Shown piece after piece: positions 1 through 9,655 of a stretch of DNA of 64,000 nt. Numbering within the stretch: position 1 is the stretch's first letter; each line of letters opens with the position of its first letter. The notes under the pieces are model-generated. The model saw only the letters and a list, made by a program, of their open reading frames with translations, made no database searches and was not told the DNA's origin. Origin of the DNA: Bacteroidota bacterium (GTDB taxonomy: Bacteria; Bacteroidota; Bacteroidia; 2-12-FULL-35-15); assembly GCA_025363555.1 (NCBI GenBank), contig JANYDQ010000157.1:2247-66246 (forward strand), in the 5' to 3' direction. The position numbers were made by a program, and so were the translations under genes.

Positions 1-290
1 TTGTACCGGGTTCGGCTGATGAATTAAATCCGGAATTAGAAAAAGCCGGCAGAGTAGCTGATTTCCTTGAGTTGGGAGAATTGATGTGCATGGATGCCTT
101 GAACAGGAATGAAAGTTGTGGAGGGCATTTCCGTGAAGAATCGCAAACGGAAGATGGTGAAGCAAAACGTGATGATGATAATTATTCTTATGTAGCAGCA
201 TGGGAAAATAAAGGAAATAATAATTATGAATTACATAAAGAAGAATTGGTTTTTGATGTTGTTCATCCGAGTCAAAGAAGTTATAAATAG
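1..290 (+). CDS. sdhA: Succinate dehydrogenase/fumarate reductase flavoprotein subunit, C-terminal fragment (5' end outside window)
   Basis: Frame continues to the window edge. The C-terminal motif '[32 protein letters not shown]' is typical of the FrdA/SdhA C-terminus. The Fe-S subunit gene follows. Confidence 0.8.
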   Translation, partial: VPGSADELNPELEKAGRVADFLELGELMCMDALNRNESCGGHFREESQTEDGEAKRDDDNYSYVAAWENKGNNNYELHKEELVFDVVHPSQRSYK

Positions 291-447
291 GCAATAGCGA
301 ATAGGCACTAGGCATTAGAAAAAGGAAAAAGCGAATAGCCAATAGGCAAAAGATTATAGACATTAAAAGATACTAAATGAAAAGCATAATATTACAACAT
401 GGCCCTATTTTCTATTGCCTATTGTCTATTGCCTATTCGCTATTGCC
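290..447. repeat. Heptamer-based repeat block upstream of the four-helix-bundle gene, including an 18-bp perfect inverted repeat
   Basis: GGCAATAGCGAATAGGCA at 290-307 is the exact reverse complement of TGCCTATTCGCTATTGCC at 430-447. CTATTNN units recur. Confidence 0.8.
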
Positions 448-460
448 TAATACCTAAAAG

Positions 461-850
461 ATGAGTGGCAAAATAAACACATACAAAGATTTAATTGTTT
501 GGCAAAAGTCAATAGTGCTTGTTACTGATATATATTCAATAACAAGAAATTTTCCGATGGAAGAAAAATTCGGATTGGTAAATCAATTAAATCGTGCTGT
601 TGTTTCTATTCCTACTAATATTGCTGAAGGATGGGGAAGAGAGTCTTCTAAAAACTATTTACAATTTTTAAGAATATCAAGAGGTTCGTTAATGGAAGTT
701 GAAACATTGATTCTGATTTCAAAAAACCTGAATTACATTAATGATGAACAGCACAAAATAATTACAAACGGAATTGAGGAAGTTGGTAAAATTCTACAAG
801 GACTAATTAAAAGTATACAACAAAAAATTAATATAACAGAAAACGCATAG
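461..850 (+). CDS. Four-helix-bundle protein (23S rRNA intervening-sequence protein / Avd-like family)
   Basis: 129 aa with the pattern 'YKDLIVWQKS...FP..EKFGLVNQL.RA.VSIP.NIAEG'. This matches the PF05635/TIGR02436 signature recalled from memory. The gene lies between sdhA and sdhB and is flanked by repeats. Confidence 0.8.
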   Translation: MSGKINTYKDLIVWQKSIVLVTDIYSITRNFPMEEKFGLVNQLNRAVVSIPTNIAEGWGRESSKNYLQFLRISRGSLMEVETLILISKNLNYINDEQHKIITNGIEEVGKILQGLIKSIQQKINITENA

Positions 851-864
851 CTATTTACTACTCG

Positions 865-883
865 CTATTGCCTATTCGCTATT
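865..883. repeat. 19-bp perfect direct repeat copy (CTATTGCCTATTCGCTATT), identical to 426-444
   Basis: Exact 19-mer present on both sides of the four-helix-bundle gene. Confidence 0.85.
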
Positions 884-895
884 AACTATTCGCTT

Positions 896-1648
896 ATGAA
901 CAATATGAATTTAACGCTGAAAGTCTGGCGACAAAAAAACGACAAAGCAACAGGTAAACTGGTTACTTACCCGGTAAAAGAGATTTCTCCGGATATGTCG
1001 TTCCTGGAAATGTTTGACGTTTTGAACGAACAACTAATCGTTAAAGGTGAAGAGCCGATTGCTTTTGACCACGATTGCCGTGAAGGCATTTGCGGTATGT
1101 GCAGTATGTTTATTAACGGGCAGCCGCACGGACCCAAACGAAATGTTACTACCTGCCAGTTGCACATGCGCTCGTTTAAGGATGGTGATACCATTGTAGT
1201 AGAACCTTGGAGAGCAGCTGCCTTTCCGGTGATAAAAGATTTAACTGTTGACCGTTCTGCCTTTGATAGAATTATTGCCAAAGGTGGTTTTATATCTGTA
1301 AACACAGGCAATGCACAGGATGCGAATAACATACCGATTCCGAAACCGGATGCGGATGCTTCGTTTAATGCTGCTGCCTGTATTGGTTGCGGGGCTTGTG
1401 TGGCTACCTGCAAAAATTCTTCGGCTATGTTATTTGTTGCTGCAAAAATTTCTCAATTGGCTCTTTTGCCGCAGGGGCAGGTGGAACGAATTGCCCGTGC
1501 AAAAAACATGGTGGCACAAATGGATGAAGAAGGATTTGGTAATTGTACTAATACGGGTGCCTGCGAAGTGAAATGCCCTAAGGGAATTTCATTGGAAAAT
1601 ATTGCAAGGATGAACAGGGAGTTTTATATGGCTAATATTAAGGAATAA
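896..1648 (+). CDS. sdhB: Succinate dehydrogenase/fumarate reductase iron-sulfur subunit
   Basis: Cys clusters '[16 protein letters not shown]', '[11 protein letters not shown]' and '[14 protein letters not shown]' typical of FrdB/SdhB. The start could alternatively be Met4 at 905 (MNLTLK...). Confidence 0.9.
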   Translation: MNNMNLTLKVWRQKNDKATGKLVTYPVKEISPDMSFLEMFDVLNEQLIVKGEEPIAFDHDCREGICGMCSMFINGQPHGPKRNVTTCQLHMRSFKDGDTIVVEPWRAAAFPVIKDLTVDRSAFDRIIAKGGFISVNTGNAQDANNIPIPKPDADASFNAAACIGCGACVATCKNSSAMLFVAAKISQLALLPQGQVERIARAKNMVAQMDEEGFGNCTNTGACEVKCPKGISLENIARMNREFYMANIKE

Positions 1649-1693
1649 TACTCAGAGATGGTGGCGAAAACACCAACTTCGGTATAAACAAAA

Positions 1694-1723
1694 AACCAAT
1701 CTCAATTGAGATTGGTTTTTTGT
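1694..1723. terminator. Bidirectional rho-independent terminator between the convergent sdhB and T9SS adhesin genes
   Basis: AACCAATCTC-AATT-GAGATTGGTT is a perfect 10-bp stem. It is preceded by an A-run and followed by TTTTTTG. Confidence 0.75.
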
Positions 1724-1741
1724 TTAAATAAAATATAGTAA

Positions 1742-4700
1742 TTACTCCACAACAATTTTTCTGTTCACTGTTCCTTTTTCTGTTTGCAACTGCACAAAAT
1801 AAATTCCTTTTGCTTCCTTACTCAAATCAATTGTAGATTGTAAATTATTAATTTGAGATTGATAAACAACTTCTCCTAAAAGATTTACCACTTTCAGGCT
1901 TTGAACTTTAGACCTTGAACTATAAACCTGGAACTTTCCTGATGAAGGATTAGGATAAATACTAATTCCATCTTCCTCTTTATAATCTGCTACTCCTACA
2001 TTATGTGCAAGTGTATTCAAAGTGGCATTGGTTCTGACAGGAGCATTGAAATCAAAATAAATATCAGCAGTGTTTTTTATTTGTGTCAAATCAGGAAGAT
2101 TTGGTTTCAAATGTATAGTATATATTATTTCACCAACACTTGTAGGAAAAGAATACGGCAGGTTGATATTATTAAACATAAATTTAACTACTCCTGTTTC
2201 ACTTACTTCGGTGGTGAAAGCATGATTAGAATATACCGGATGAAGCGTAGCCAGGTTCAAATCACTGTCTAGTGTATCAATCAGGAATATATTCTGGGCA
2301 TTGTAATTTCCCGTATTTTGAAAGTGAATGGTATAGGTAAGTACTGAATCATTTTGAGAAATAAACCCTGCTTCTCCATCTCCTTTAGGCGAAACTTCTT
2401 TCACGTTAGGGTCCCATGAACCAACCACACTGGGATAATACGCAACAAGATTGTTCCATGGTGTATAATCTGTCAACCAGTTGGTCATTGGCGCTAAATA
2501 TACAGAAGTATCGTTATATTGAAGAGAAGTGCCTATGGGAATATTAGTTGGTACATTGTATTGAACAAAAAAATTTTGAGTACTTGCAGGTGTTAATGTA
2601 GGAAATCCGTTAATAATGCTGTACCAATCGGGGGCAAGAAGAGCATTTTGTTGAGTAAACAAACCAGATGATAAAGATGTTAATTGCAATTGTCCATCAC
2701 TTTTATAACCAAGCTGCACTGCCGATTCGGCAATAGTACCTTCATTTTTCACAATAATATTTTGCTGATAAGGATAACCGGGAACAGGCGGTGTTGGTAA
2801 ATAGGTATGGTAAATACTTATATCGTGAAGTGGATTAATTACATTGGCAATGTTATTCGTAATCACACAACCTGAACTTGCTATGGCAGATATGGAGATG
2901 GAATTGTTTTGACAAGCTGCCAGCGGATAATAATTTCCAACTATTTCGGAAAGGTTGTAATTTCCTGTTGGAGCAATAAAAGAGTAATTTCCATTTGCAT
3001 CGGTATAAGTATAACCTATTCCGGCAAGGTGTATCATTATGTTTTCTATTCCTGTTTCTCCTAAATCCAATGTACAGTTTGTATTTACATCATCGTACAC
3101 TGTTCCTGAAACGGTACAGTAACAGGAGTTATTACCGGCATTGTAGCTAACATAACAATTACTTGTTTGTGCGCAGCCAGCAGCATCGTGAACTGTTACC
3201 CAATAAGCTCCCGTTAAAAGCCCGGTGGCTGTGGCAGCGGTTGCTCCATTGCTCCAGTTATATGTATAAGGAGGAGTGCCCCCAATGGCGGTTACAGCAG
3301 CTATTCCATCGTTTGCAAAAATACAGCTTGCCGGAGTGGTACTGAAATTAAGCGATATGGGTGAAGAGGAATAGACACCTGTTTGTTTGGAAATGGAACA
3401 ACCCATATTATCGGTAATGGTACAGTTATAACTTCCCGGAACAAGACCTGAAATGGAAGCAGTGGTGGCTAATGTATTCCATGCATAAGTATAGGGTGGA
3501 GTGCCTGCGGTGATATTTATTCCTGCCATTCCATTTGGCTGCTGACATAAGGCATCGGTTTTATAAATAGTTCCGGTTATCACACTTACAGGAGGCACAT
3601 AGGTATTTCCTGTTCTTGCACACCCCGCTGCATCGGTTACATTAAAATAATAAAACCCGGGAGATAAACCGGTTGCGGTTATTCCTGTTTGAGCAGGGAA
3701 AGTATTCCACGTAATGGTGTATGGCAACGTACCACCGGCAGGTGTTAATGTGGCAGTGCCTGTTGGTGCGGTACACAAACTGGAAGTGGTGGTATAGGTT
3801 ACTGTTATGGGTGTGGTAATATTTAAATACGAATAGGAAGGATAACTGATGCAACCATTGGCATCAGTAACCGTTACAGTATAATACTGACCTCCCGAAA
3901 GATTGGAAATGGTTTGAGTGGTTTGTCCGTTGTCCCATAAATAAGAATAAGGCGGAACACCGCCTCCGCCAAAAGCAATAATGCTGCCATTGGTGGACAG
4001 GCAGGTGGCAGGAGTAACAACAGGATTAGCAGTAATGTTTATACTTTGGGACACATAGGTATATTGTGTAAAATAACATCCTTGTGCATCGGTTACTGTT
4101 AAACTATATTGCCCCATCGACAAACCGGATATGGATGAAGACGTAGCACCATTGCTCCAAAGGTAAGAATAAGGTGCAATTCCACCTGTTGGTGCTGTAG
4201 CCGTGGCAGTTCCATTGGTACAATTTGCAGGAGTTGAAGAAACTGTAAAATTAATGGGTGACTGGTAACCAACATAAATATTGAGACTATCATCAATTGA
4301 ACTGTAAGCACATCCATTAGCATCGGTTATCCAAACGGAATATTGTCCTCCCGGAACATTTGCGGGATTTCCTGCAGCGATAACGTTTGTCCCATAAGGG
4401 TCTTCCCACAGAACGGTATATGGAGGAGCCCCTCCAGCAATAACTGCTGTTGCTGTGCCTAATGCAGGACATATTGCAGGTGTTGTGTTTATGCTATATG
4501 TAAATGGAGGCTGACCAGCGAAGGAGTTAGATACACTATTAGCTCCACTGGAAGCAGTTATACCAACCATGCAACCACTATAACCAAATAAGGTGTCATT
4601 AACAGTATTTGAAGTATGAGAGAAGTATTGAGACCCTGCCGAAATCATAAAACTAATTGGTGGTGTTAGTCCGGTTGTGTGTATTTCAAGTATTCCATTA

Positions 4701-4801
4701 TGATTGCAAGGGGTTTGAAGCAAATTAAATGTCACAGTCTGTGCAGTTGCCCCCCAGCTTATTAAAGCAAGGAAGGTAATAATAGTAATTGATTTTTTCA
4801 T
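1742..4801 (-). CDS. T9SS cargo adhesin with multiple SprB repeats (C..PPY.Y.W.NG.T...I.GL..G.Y.V.VTDA.GC) and a T9SS C-terminal sorting domain
   Basis: Start chosen at the internal Met giving the signal peptide MKKSITIITFLALISWGATAQ (the ORF track extends to 4870). More than 6 SprB-type repeats are present. The C-terminus 'ISIYPNPSSGKF...GIYFVQL...KIVVE' is a T9SS sorting domain. Confidence 0.8.
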   Translation of the reverse strand: MKKSITIITFLALISWGATAQTVTFNLLQTPCNHNGILEIHTTGLTPPISFMISAGSQYFSHTSNTVNDTLFGYSGCMVGITASSGANSVSNSFAGQPPFTYSINTTPAICPALGTATAVIAGGAPPYTVLWEDPYGTNVIAAGNPANVPGGQYSVWITDANGCAYSSIDDSLNIYVGYQSPINFTVSSTPANCTNGTATATAPTGGIAPYSYLWSNGATSSSISGLSMGQYSLTVTDAQGCYFTQYTYVSQSINITANPVVTPATCLSTNGSIIAFGGGGVPPYSYLWDNGQTTQTISNLSGGQYYTVTVTDANGCISYPSYSYLNITTPITVTYTTTSSLCTAPTGTATLTPAGGTLPYTITWNTFPAQTGITATGLSPGFYYFNVTDAAGCARTGNTYVPPVSVITGTIYKTDALCQQPNGMAGINITAGTPPYTYAWNTLATTASISGLVPGSYNCTITDNMGCSISKQTGVYSSSPISLNFSTTPASCIFANDGIAAVTAIGGTPPYTYNWSNGATAATATGLLTGAYWVTVHDAAGCAQTSNCYVSYNAGNNSCYCTVSGTVYDDVNTNCTLDLGETGIENIMIHLAGIGYTYTDANGNYSFIAPTGNYNLSEIVGNYYPLAACQNNSISISAIASSGCVITNNIANVINPLHDISIYHTYLPTPPVPGYPYQQNIIVKNEGTIAESAVQLGYKSDGQLQLTSLSSGLFTQQNALLAPDWYSIINGFPTLTPASTQNFFVQYNVPTNIPIGTSLQYNDTSVYLAPMTNWLTDYTPWNNLVAYYPSVVGSWDPNVKEVSPKGDGEAGFISQNDSVLTYTIHFQNTGNYNAQNIFLIDTLDSDLNLATLHPVYSNHAFTTEVSETGVVKFMFNNINLPYSFPTSVGEIIYTIHLKPNLPDLTQIKNTADIYFDFNAPVRTNATLNTLAHNVGVADYKEEDGISIYPNPSSGKFQVYSSRSKVQSLKVVNLLGEVVYQSQINNLQSTIDLSKEAKGIYFVQLQTEKGTVNRKIVVE

Positions 4802-5001
4802 GTTGATTGATTTTAGATTGCCATGTTGAATTATTTTGATTTTTAATCTCCTCAGAAAACAAAGGCTCAATTCTGCGAGGTTAAAGTTATATATATATTA
4901 CTGTAAAAATGGAAAAGGTTGCCTGGGTTTTGAAAATAAATTTTAATTCCATTGTTTATAAATCTCTTTTTTTTTCTCTTATAATTCTTATTCAGGCTGT
5001 T

Positions 5002-7755
5002 CTACCTCTGCAAAACTACTTTTTTTGTTCTTTTTATATTTTCTCCGGTTAGTTTAATAAAATACATTCCAGCACTTTTGTCAAATAAATCAATAATGGT
5101 AGAACTAGTGACTGCTGTTGTTTTGTAAACTAATTCACCGATTAAAGAATAAACCGTTATTTCCATTTTTTCATTGGTTTTGGCAATTTCAACAGTAATA
5201 ATTCCTGTTGACAGGCTTGGATAAATTTTTATTGCATTATCATTTTCAAGAGATTCTGTATTTAAAACTAAATAGTCAGGATATAAAACAAATGGAACTT
5301 CGGTGCTGTTTGCACAATTTACAGTAACAAAAGGTGCTGTGGCATTGTTCAGCCCGAATTTATCCACCCAAACAGAATAAGTATATGGCAACAGGTTGGT
5401 AATTTGAAAACTACCATCAGCGGCAGAAATGGCTTCTGCAGCAGGGCTGCCATTGTACATAAGTATTACGCGTATGCCCGAAGTGGTTTCGGTAGTACTA
5501 ACTATTTTACCGTTTAAAGTACACGAACCTATTGTATTTACCGCATTACGAAGGTGGATTTGAGTTGAATAATTTCCGTTTGCAATAATATGAAAAGGCA
5601 CAGCATTTTGTATAACCAATGTGGAATCGGGATAAGAAGAGATTTGACCCTGGTAATTTCCTGCACAAATATTTGCTTCAAAATAATAGCTGCCGCTATC
5701 GTTGGTGTAAAACGTAAAATTTCCAAGATTATCAGTAGTTACGCTGCCAACGGTAGTAACATCTGTAGCAGTGCTGTTAAGTTGGTAAACATCCACCTCA
5801 ACACAGGATACAGTTGAATTGTTCGATTTATTTACATTGCCTTCCACTATTATAGAATTGTTATTACAACCCACAATATCTGCTGAAGTAATTCCACCAT
5901 CGGCAGCTATCCATAGTTTGCAATGATTGTCCACCATAATATTTTCCACATCACTGTTATATAATGGAGAATTAAGAGCTGTGTAAACATTCCAGACACC
6001 AGCTTTCAAAGAAGCCAAACCTTCCATTGTACAAAACCAAAGTGTACCATCAGTTGTATATAAAACACTTTCGGCACGATTGCTTGGTATGGGTGAATTT
6101 CCGGTGGTATATACCAACCAGTTTCCGTTCCAGTAGCGGGCAAATCCGCTGCGGGTTGAAAACCACATTGCATTTGAATTCCCCTGGCGGTCAATGTGAA
6201 TAATGGAATCATCAGGCAATGGAGAGTTGGAATTGTTAAATGAAGTAAAGTTTCCACTGGTATCCATCATAAACACACCAATTCCATTACCTCCAAACAT
6301 GGCATCCGTTCCGCCTGTCCATATATTTCCGGTCGAATCTATATTTAAAAATCTTGGGTAATAGCTCACTCCGGGAGCAAAGAAGTTAAAAGGACCCATG
6401 TAGTTATCAATATATTGGTCTATTTCTGACATAGCCCCAAACCAGTAATTGTGATTCTGGGAAATAGCAAATTCAGTTAGTTGATTGCTGAAAAAATTAA
6501 GGGTATCGAAATAGTTAAAAGAGGTTCCGTTTACCATTTGCGCGGCTCCGCCTTGTGTACAAAAAGTAATGGTATGAGCGGTATCCTGGCGGATGCAATT
6601 TATGTAATCGTGCACATAAACAGGAGTGCTCCAGGTTCCGTTATACTTTACCATAGCGCCCGAAGTTTCGTCTGAACCAAACCACAGATTTCCCTGGTTA
6701 TCTTTTAATGTTGCATAAAAATAATTTCCGGGTAAAGTGGCGTGAATATCTGTGAATGGAGAAATAGAAAAAACAGCTGTATTCACTACATATTGGGTTA
6801 CCAATAAATTGGCATCGGTAAATGAAATTAAGAATGTAGTGGCTGATAAATTATTTTCAAGAGTCATGGTTGCTGAACTAGCCCCTGCTGGCAGACTTGA
6901 ATAATAGTCATAAAAAATGTTTCCATCGTATTTGCAAAAAATACCATCACCACCCAGCCATATATTCCCGGTGTTGTCATAAAATATTTTTGGCGTATGA
7001 TAAGACACGCTATGATTCATTGTAGCAGGAATTATGGTGTCAATCCAGTTGCCAGTTGCACTTTTAAAGGTATGAATTACGGAATCGTTGGAATTGATAA
7101 ATGTGAAATCACTGGAAGGACTTGTGCTGTAAGCAGTCATAGAAATAATGTGATGAAAGTAAGAAGTATCATATTCCGCCCATGTTCCGCCATGAAACAC
7201 ATCTACTTTATTATATTCCCCAAAAAATATATCATCGTTGGGAGTTATAACAGTAACACCGTTGAGAGGGTATGGCAAAGTTGAATTTGACGAATCGTAA
7301 GAGGTAAGAACACTGCCATCCCATTTTTTTAACGAAGGAAAATTACTTACAGAAAAAAAAGTGCTTCCACCTTTATAAGGAACAAAATAAGTTGAAGATG
7401 TACTGAACCCCTGGTAGGTAGCAAGAGGGGCAATGGTAGTACCATCGTAACTATAAGTTGTTCCTGCACCTTCCACTAGTACCGAATATCCGGGTCCCTG
7501 TCTTATCCCTCCCATTGTACCGGAGAAATGAGGGTTGAGATACCGTATATCGGCAGGCATGGGAGTGTTGGTGATAGCGAGTGAATTTTTATCCACCTGG
7601 ATAAGTTCACCGGGAACACATGCAACCACTGATGTTCCTAAGTCAAATTGATACTGAGGCATAGCATAATAATGTTCCCAGTTTACTAAACCTTGCGAGT
7701 AACCTGCTATTGCAAGTACTGAAAGAAGTCCGAAAATTGCAATTATTTTTTTCAT
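5002..7755 (-). CDS. T9SS cargo protein with two-component-regulator-propeller-like repeats
   Basis: Signal peptide MKKIIAIFGLLSVLAIAGYSQ. Repeated 'GN(I/L)W.G.D.G' propeller motifs. C-terminus 'KIYPSLSTGIITVE...GMYFIKL...KKVVLQR' is a T9SS sorting domain. Confidence 0.7.
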   Translation of the reverse strand: MKKIIAIFGLLSVLAIAGYSQGLVNWEHYYAMPQYQFDLGTSVVACVPGELIQVDKNSLAITNTPMPADIRYLNPHFSGTMGGIRQGPGYSVLVEGAGTTYSYDGTTIAPLATYQGFSTSSTYFVPYKGGSTFFSVSNFPSLKKWDGSVLTSYDSSNSTLPYPLNGVTVITPNDDIFFGEYNKVDVFHGGTWAEYDTSYFHHIISMTAYSTSPSSDFTFINSNDSVIHTFKSATGNWIDTIIPATMNHSVSYHTPKIFYDNTGNIWLGGDGIFCKYDGNIFYDYYSSLPAGASSATMTLENNLSATTFLISFTDANLLVTQYVVNTAVFSISPFTDIHATLPGNYFYATLKDNQGNLWFGSDETSGAMVKYNGTWSTPVYVHDYINCIRQDTAHTITFCTQGGAAQMVNGTSFNYFDTLNFFSNQLTEFAISQNHNYWFGAMSEIDQYIDNYMGPFNFFAPGVSYYPRFLNIDSTGNIWTGGTDAMFGGNGIGVFMMDTSGNFTSFNNSNSPLPDDSIIHIDRQGNSNAMWFSTRSGFARYWNGNWLVYTTGNSPIPSNRAESVLYTTDGTLWFCTMEGLASLKAGVWNVYTALNSPLYNSDVENIMVDNHCKLWIAADGGITSADIVGCNNNSIIVEGNVNKSNNSTVSCVEVDVYQLNSTATDVTTVGSVTTDNLGNFTFYTNDSGSYYFEANICAGNYQGQISSYPDSTLVIQNAVPFHIIANGNYSTQIHLRNAVNTIGSCTLNGKIVSTTETTSGIRVILMYNGSPAAEAISAADGSFQITNLLPYTYSVWVDKFGLNNATAPFVTVNCANSTEVPFVLYPDYLVLNTESLENDNAIKIYPSLSTGIITVEIAKTNEKMEITVYSLIGELVYKTTAVTSSTIIDLFDKSAGMYFIKLTGENIKRTKKVVLQR

Positions 7756-7848
7756 GGTATTTTGGTTTTAATTATTTGTAAATATAAATTTAATAATTGA
7801 TAAATATTGACTATGTATTGAAAAAACATGTTGTTAATTAAATCATAT

Positions 7849-9618
7849 TTATTCTTTCACAAAACGTTTTACACTCGAATTATTTCCATCCAAAACATTG
7901 AGCAAATAAATGCCGCTTGCAAATTCTCCGATTGGAATAATAACCGAAGCATTTTTATCGGCTATTGTTTTTACCAAACTGCCCATGGCATTATATATGG
8001 TAATGGTATAGTTTTTCGAAACTGATGTATAGTTTATGGTAATGTTGTCGGATGCAGGGTTTGGGAAAATGGTGATTATTGATTGATTATTGTTGATTTC
8101 ATTAATTCCGGTTGCGCTGTTACAACCACAGAGACCAAACATCCAGTTAGGGTATGAAGGCGACCAATTGCGACCAATTAGTCCATTACTAAATTTCTGC
8201 CGAATACTATCTATCCTGTTTTTTATAATTGCTACCGATGCTAAATTACCGCCTTGCGAAGCCCTGCCATATACATAAGCAAAATCTATGGTTTGAATTT
8301 GATGAGGTTGTAATGTAAATGGTCCTGTTGAACCAATGCCCCTTATTTCCTGGGGCAATTGTCCTGATGTGGTTTCATCCCATGCTGCCTGGGGTACTAT
8401 GTTTGTTCCAAAACCTGAAGGGTCAGAACTTCCGGGAAACATGTAATTGCAAATGGTGTTGCCTGTCAGTCCGTTTCCTCCATATTTCCATGGAGTAGCA
8501 TTTTTCCAACTTCCCGATAAATATTGGTAATAATCATCTGTAGCTGTGGGATTGCCATTAACAGTACCAGTATTATTGAAACACATAAATCTTGACATTC
8601 CCAACCGTTCATCATCAGAAATTCCGTTGCCATAGTTGGTTCCATTCGGAGTTGTGGAAGCCGCATCATCAATTCCGTTTGGGTTTTTTAACGGACCTTT
8701 TAGTAAAACAACTCCTTCTGCCGGAGGATTGGCACCATAAGCAGTTGCCTGTCCTGTCCCATCAATATTATCACCATTGTATCCGAAATAAGCACCTCTG
8801 CCCACATCGCAACCCATATAATCATCGCTGTAATCTCCAATGTCCATGTCGGTCCAGTTGCCAATAAATGAAGAATCGAGTTGAAAAGAACCTTTATTTA
8901 TGATTTTATAATTGGTAAATACGGTATTGTACAAAGCACTGTCATAACTGCAACTATAGGCGTAAGCCATGCCCTGAACTTCTATCCCTATTATACTGCC
9001 TCCGGATTCAGTATGAGGTCCTCTTGCATCGTTGTAAACAAAAAATATGGCTTCATCACCTTTTATTTTTGGCACATCTCCAGCGGCAGGGTCATATTGC
9101 CCATCGCCATTATAATCATAAAAAGGAGCTAAAGGTGCTCCATACATATTAAATGCGGGCCAGTTGTTGATTGTCTCCATGGCGGCAGAGTCGTTAGCAT
9201 TTAGTAATGGATTAGGACCAATTCCACCTACTGTAATCCAATCATAATATGTTTGAATATCACATTGTTTTATTTTCCAAACTCTGTTCCATGTTGCATC
9301 GTAAGCAGCACCATAGGTACCTGTGGAATCAATTGGTCCGGGGAAAAAATCATTTCCATTCTGGCGATACGTTTGTGCTGCCATCTTTAATTGACCGCCA
9401 GAATCATAACCGCCTAACCATAATGCACTACTGTATAAAGTAGTTTTGCCGCTTCCCTTTGGCACTTGTGTTCCGCTGGTTCCATATTGGAACAAACCAC
9501 CATCGGCAGCAACGGGTGCCTTTACATTGTTAATGTCTAAATAATTTCCATTAAGGACTTGACTTTTTCCATTCATTACTATTAAAGTAAGAATGATAAT
9601 TGTAATTTGTTTTTTCAT
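7849..9618 (-). CDS. T9SS cargo protein, unknown function
   Basis: Signal peptide MKKQITIIILTLIVMNGKSQ. C-terminal domain 'IFPNPASDNITINYTS...SGIYLLNV...KRFVKE'. Confidence 0.7.
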   Translation of the reverse strand: MKKQITIIILTLIVMNGKSQVLNGNYLDINNVKAPVAADGGLFQYGTSGTQVPKGSGKTTLYSSALWLGGYDSGGQLKMAAQTYRQNGNDFFPGPIDSTGTYGAAYDATWNRVWKIKQCDIQTYYDWITVGGIGPNPLLNANDSAAMETINNWPAFNMYGAPLAPFYDYNGDGQYDPAAGDVPKIKGDEAIFFVYNDARGPHTESGGSIIGIEVQGMAYAYSCSYDSALYNTVFTNYKIINKGSFQLDSSFIGNWTDMDIGDYSDDYMGCDVGRGAYFGYNGDNIDGTGQATAYGANPPAEGVVLLKGPLKNPNGIDDAASTTPNGTNYGNGISDDERLGMSRFMCFNNTGTVNGNPTATDDYYQYLSGSWKNATPWKYGGNGLTGNTICNYMFPGSSDPSGFGTNIVPQAAWDETTSGQLPQEIRGIGSTGPFTLQPHQIQTIDFAYVYGRASQGGNLASVAIIKNRIDSIRQKFSNGLIGRNWSPSYPNWMFGLCGCNSATGINEINNNQSIITIFPNPASDNITINYTSVSKNYTITIYNAMGSLVKTIADKNASVIIPIGEFASGIYLLNVLDGNNSSVKRFVKE

Positions 9619-9655
9619 AGCATTTAGGTTTTAAAATTAATTTTAATTATTGTTA

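Noticed and set aside
461-850. Diversity-generating retroelement, suggested by the Avd-family four-helix-bundle gene
   Set aside because: No reverse transcriptase, template/variable repeat pair or target gene is nearby. Standalone members of this family are common in Bacteroidota.
967-1413. 148-aa minus-strand ORF inside sdhB
   Set aside because: Antisense to a confidently identified Fe-S subunit gene, with no independent support.
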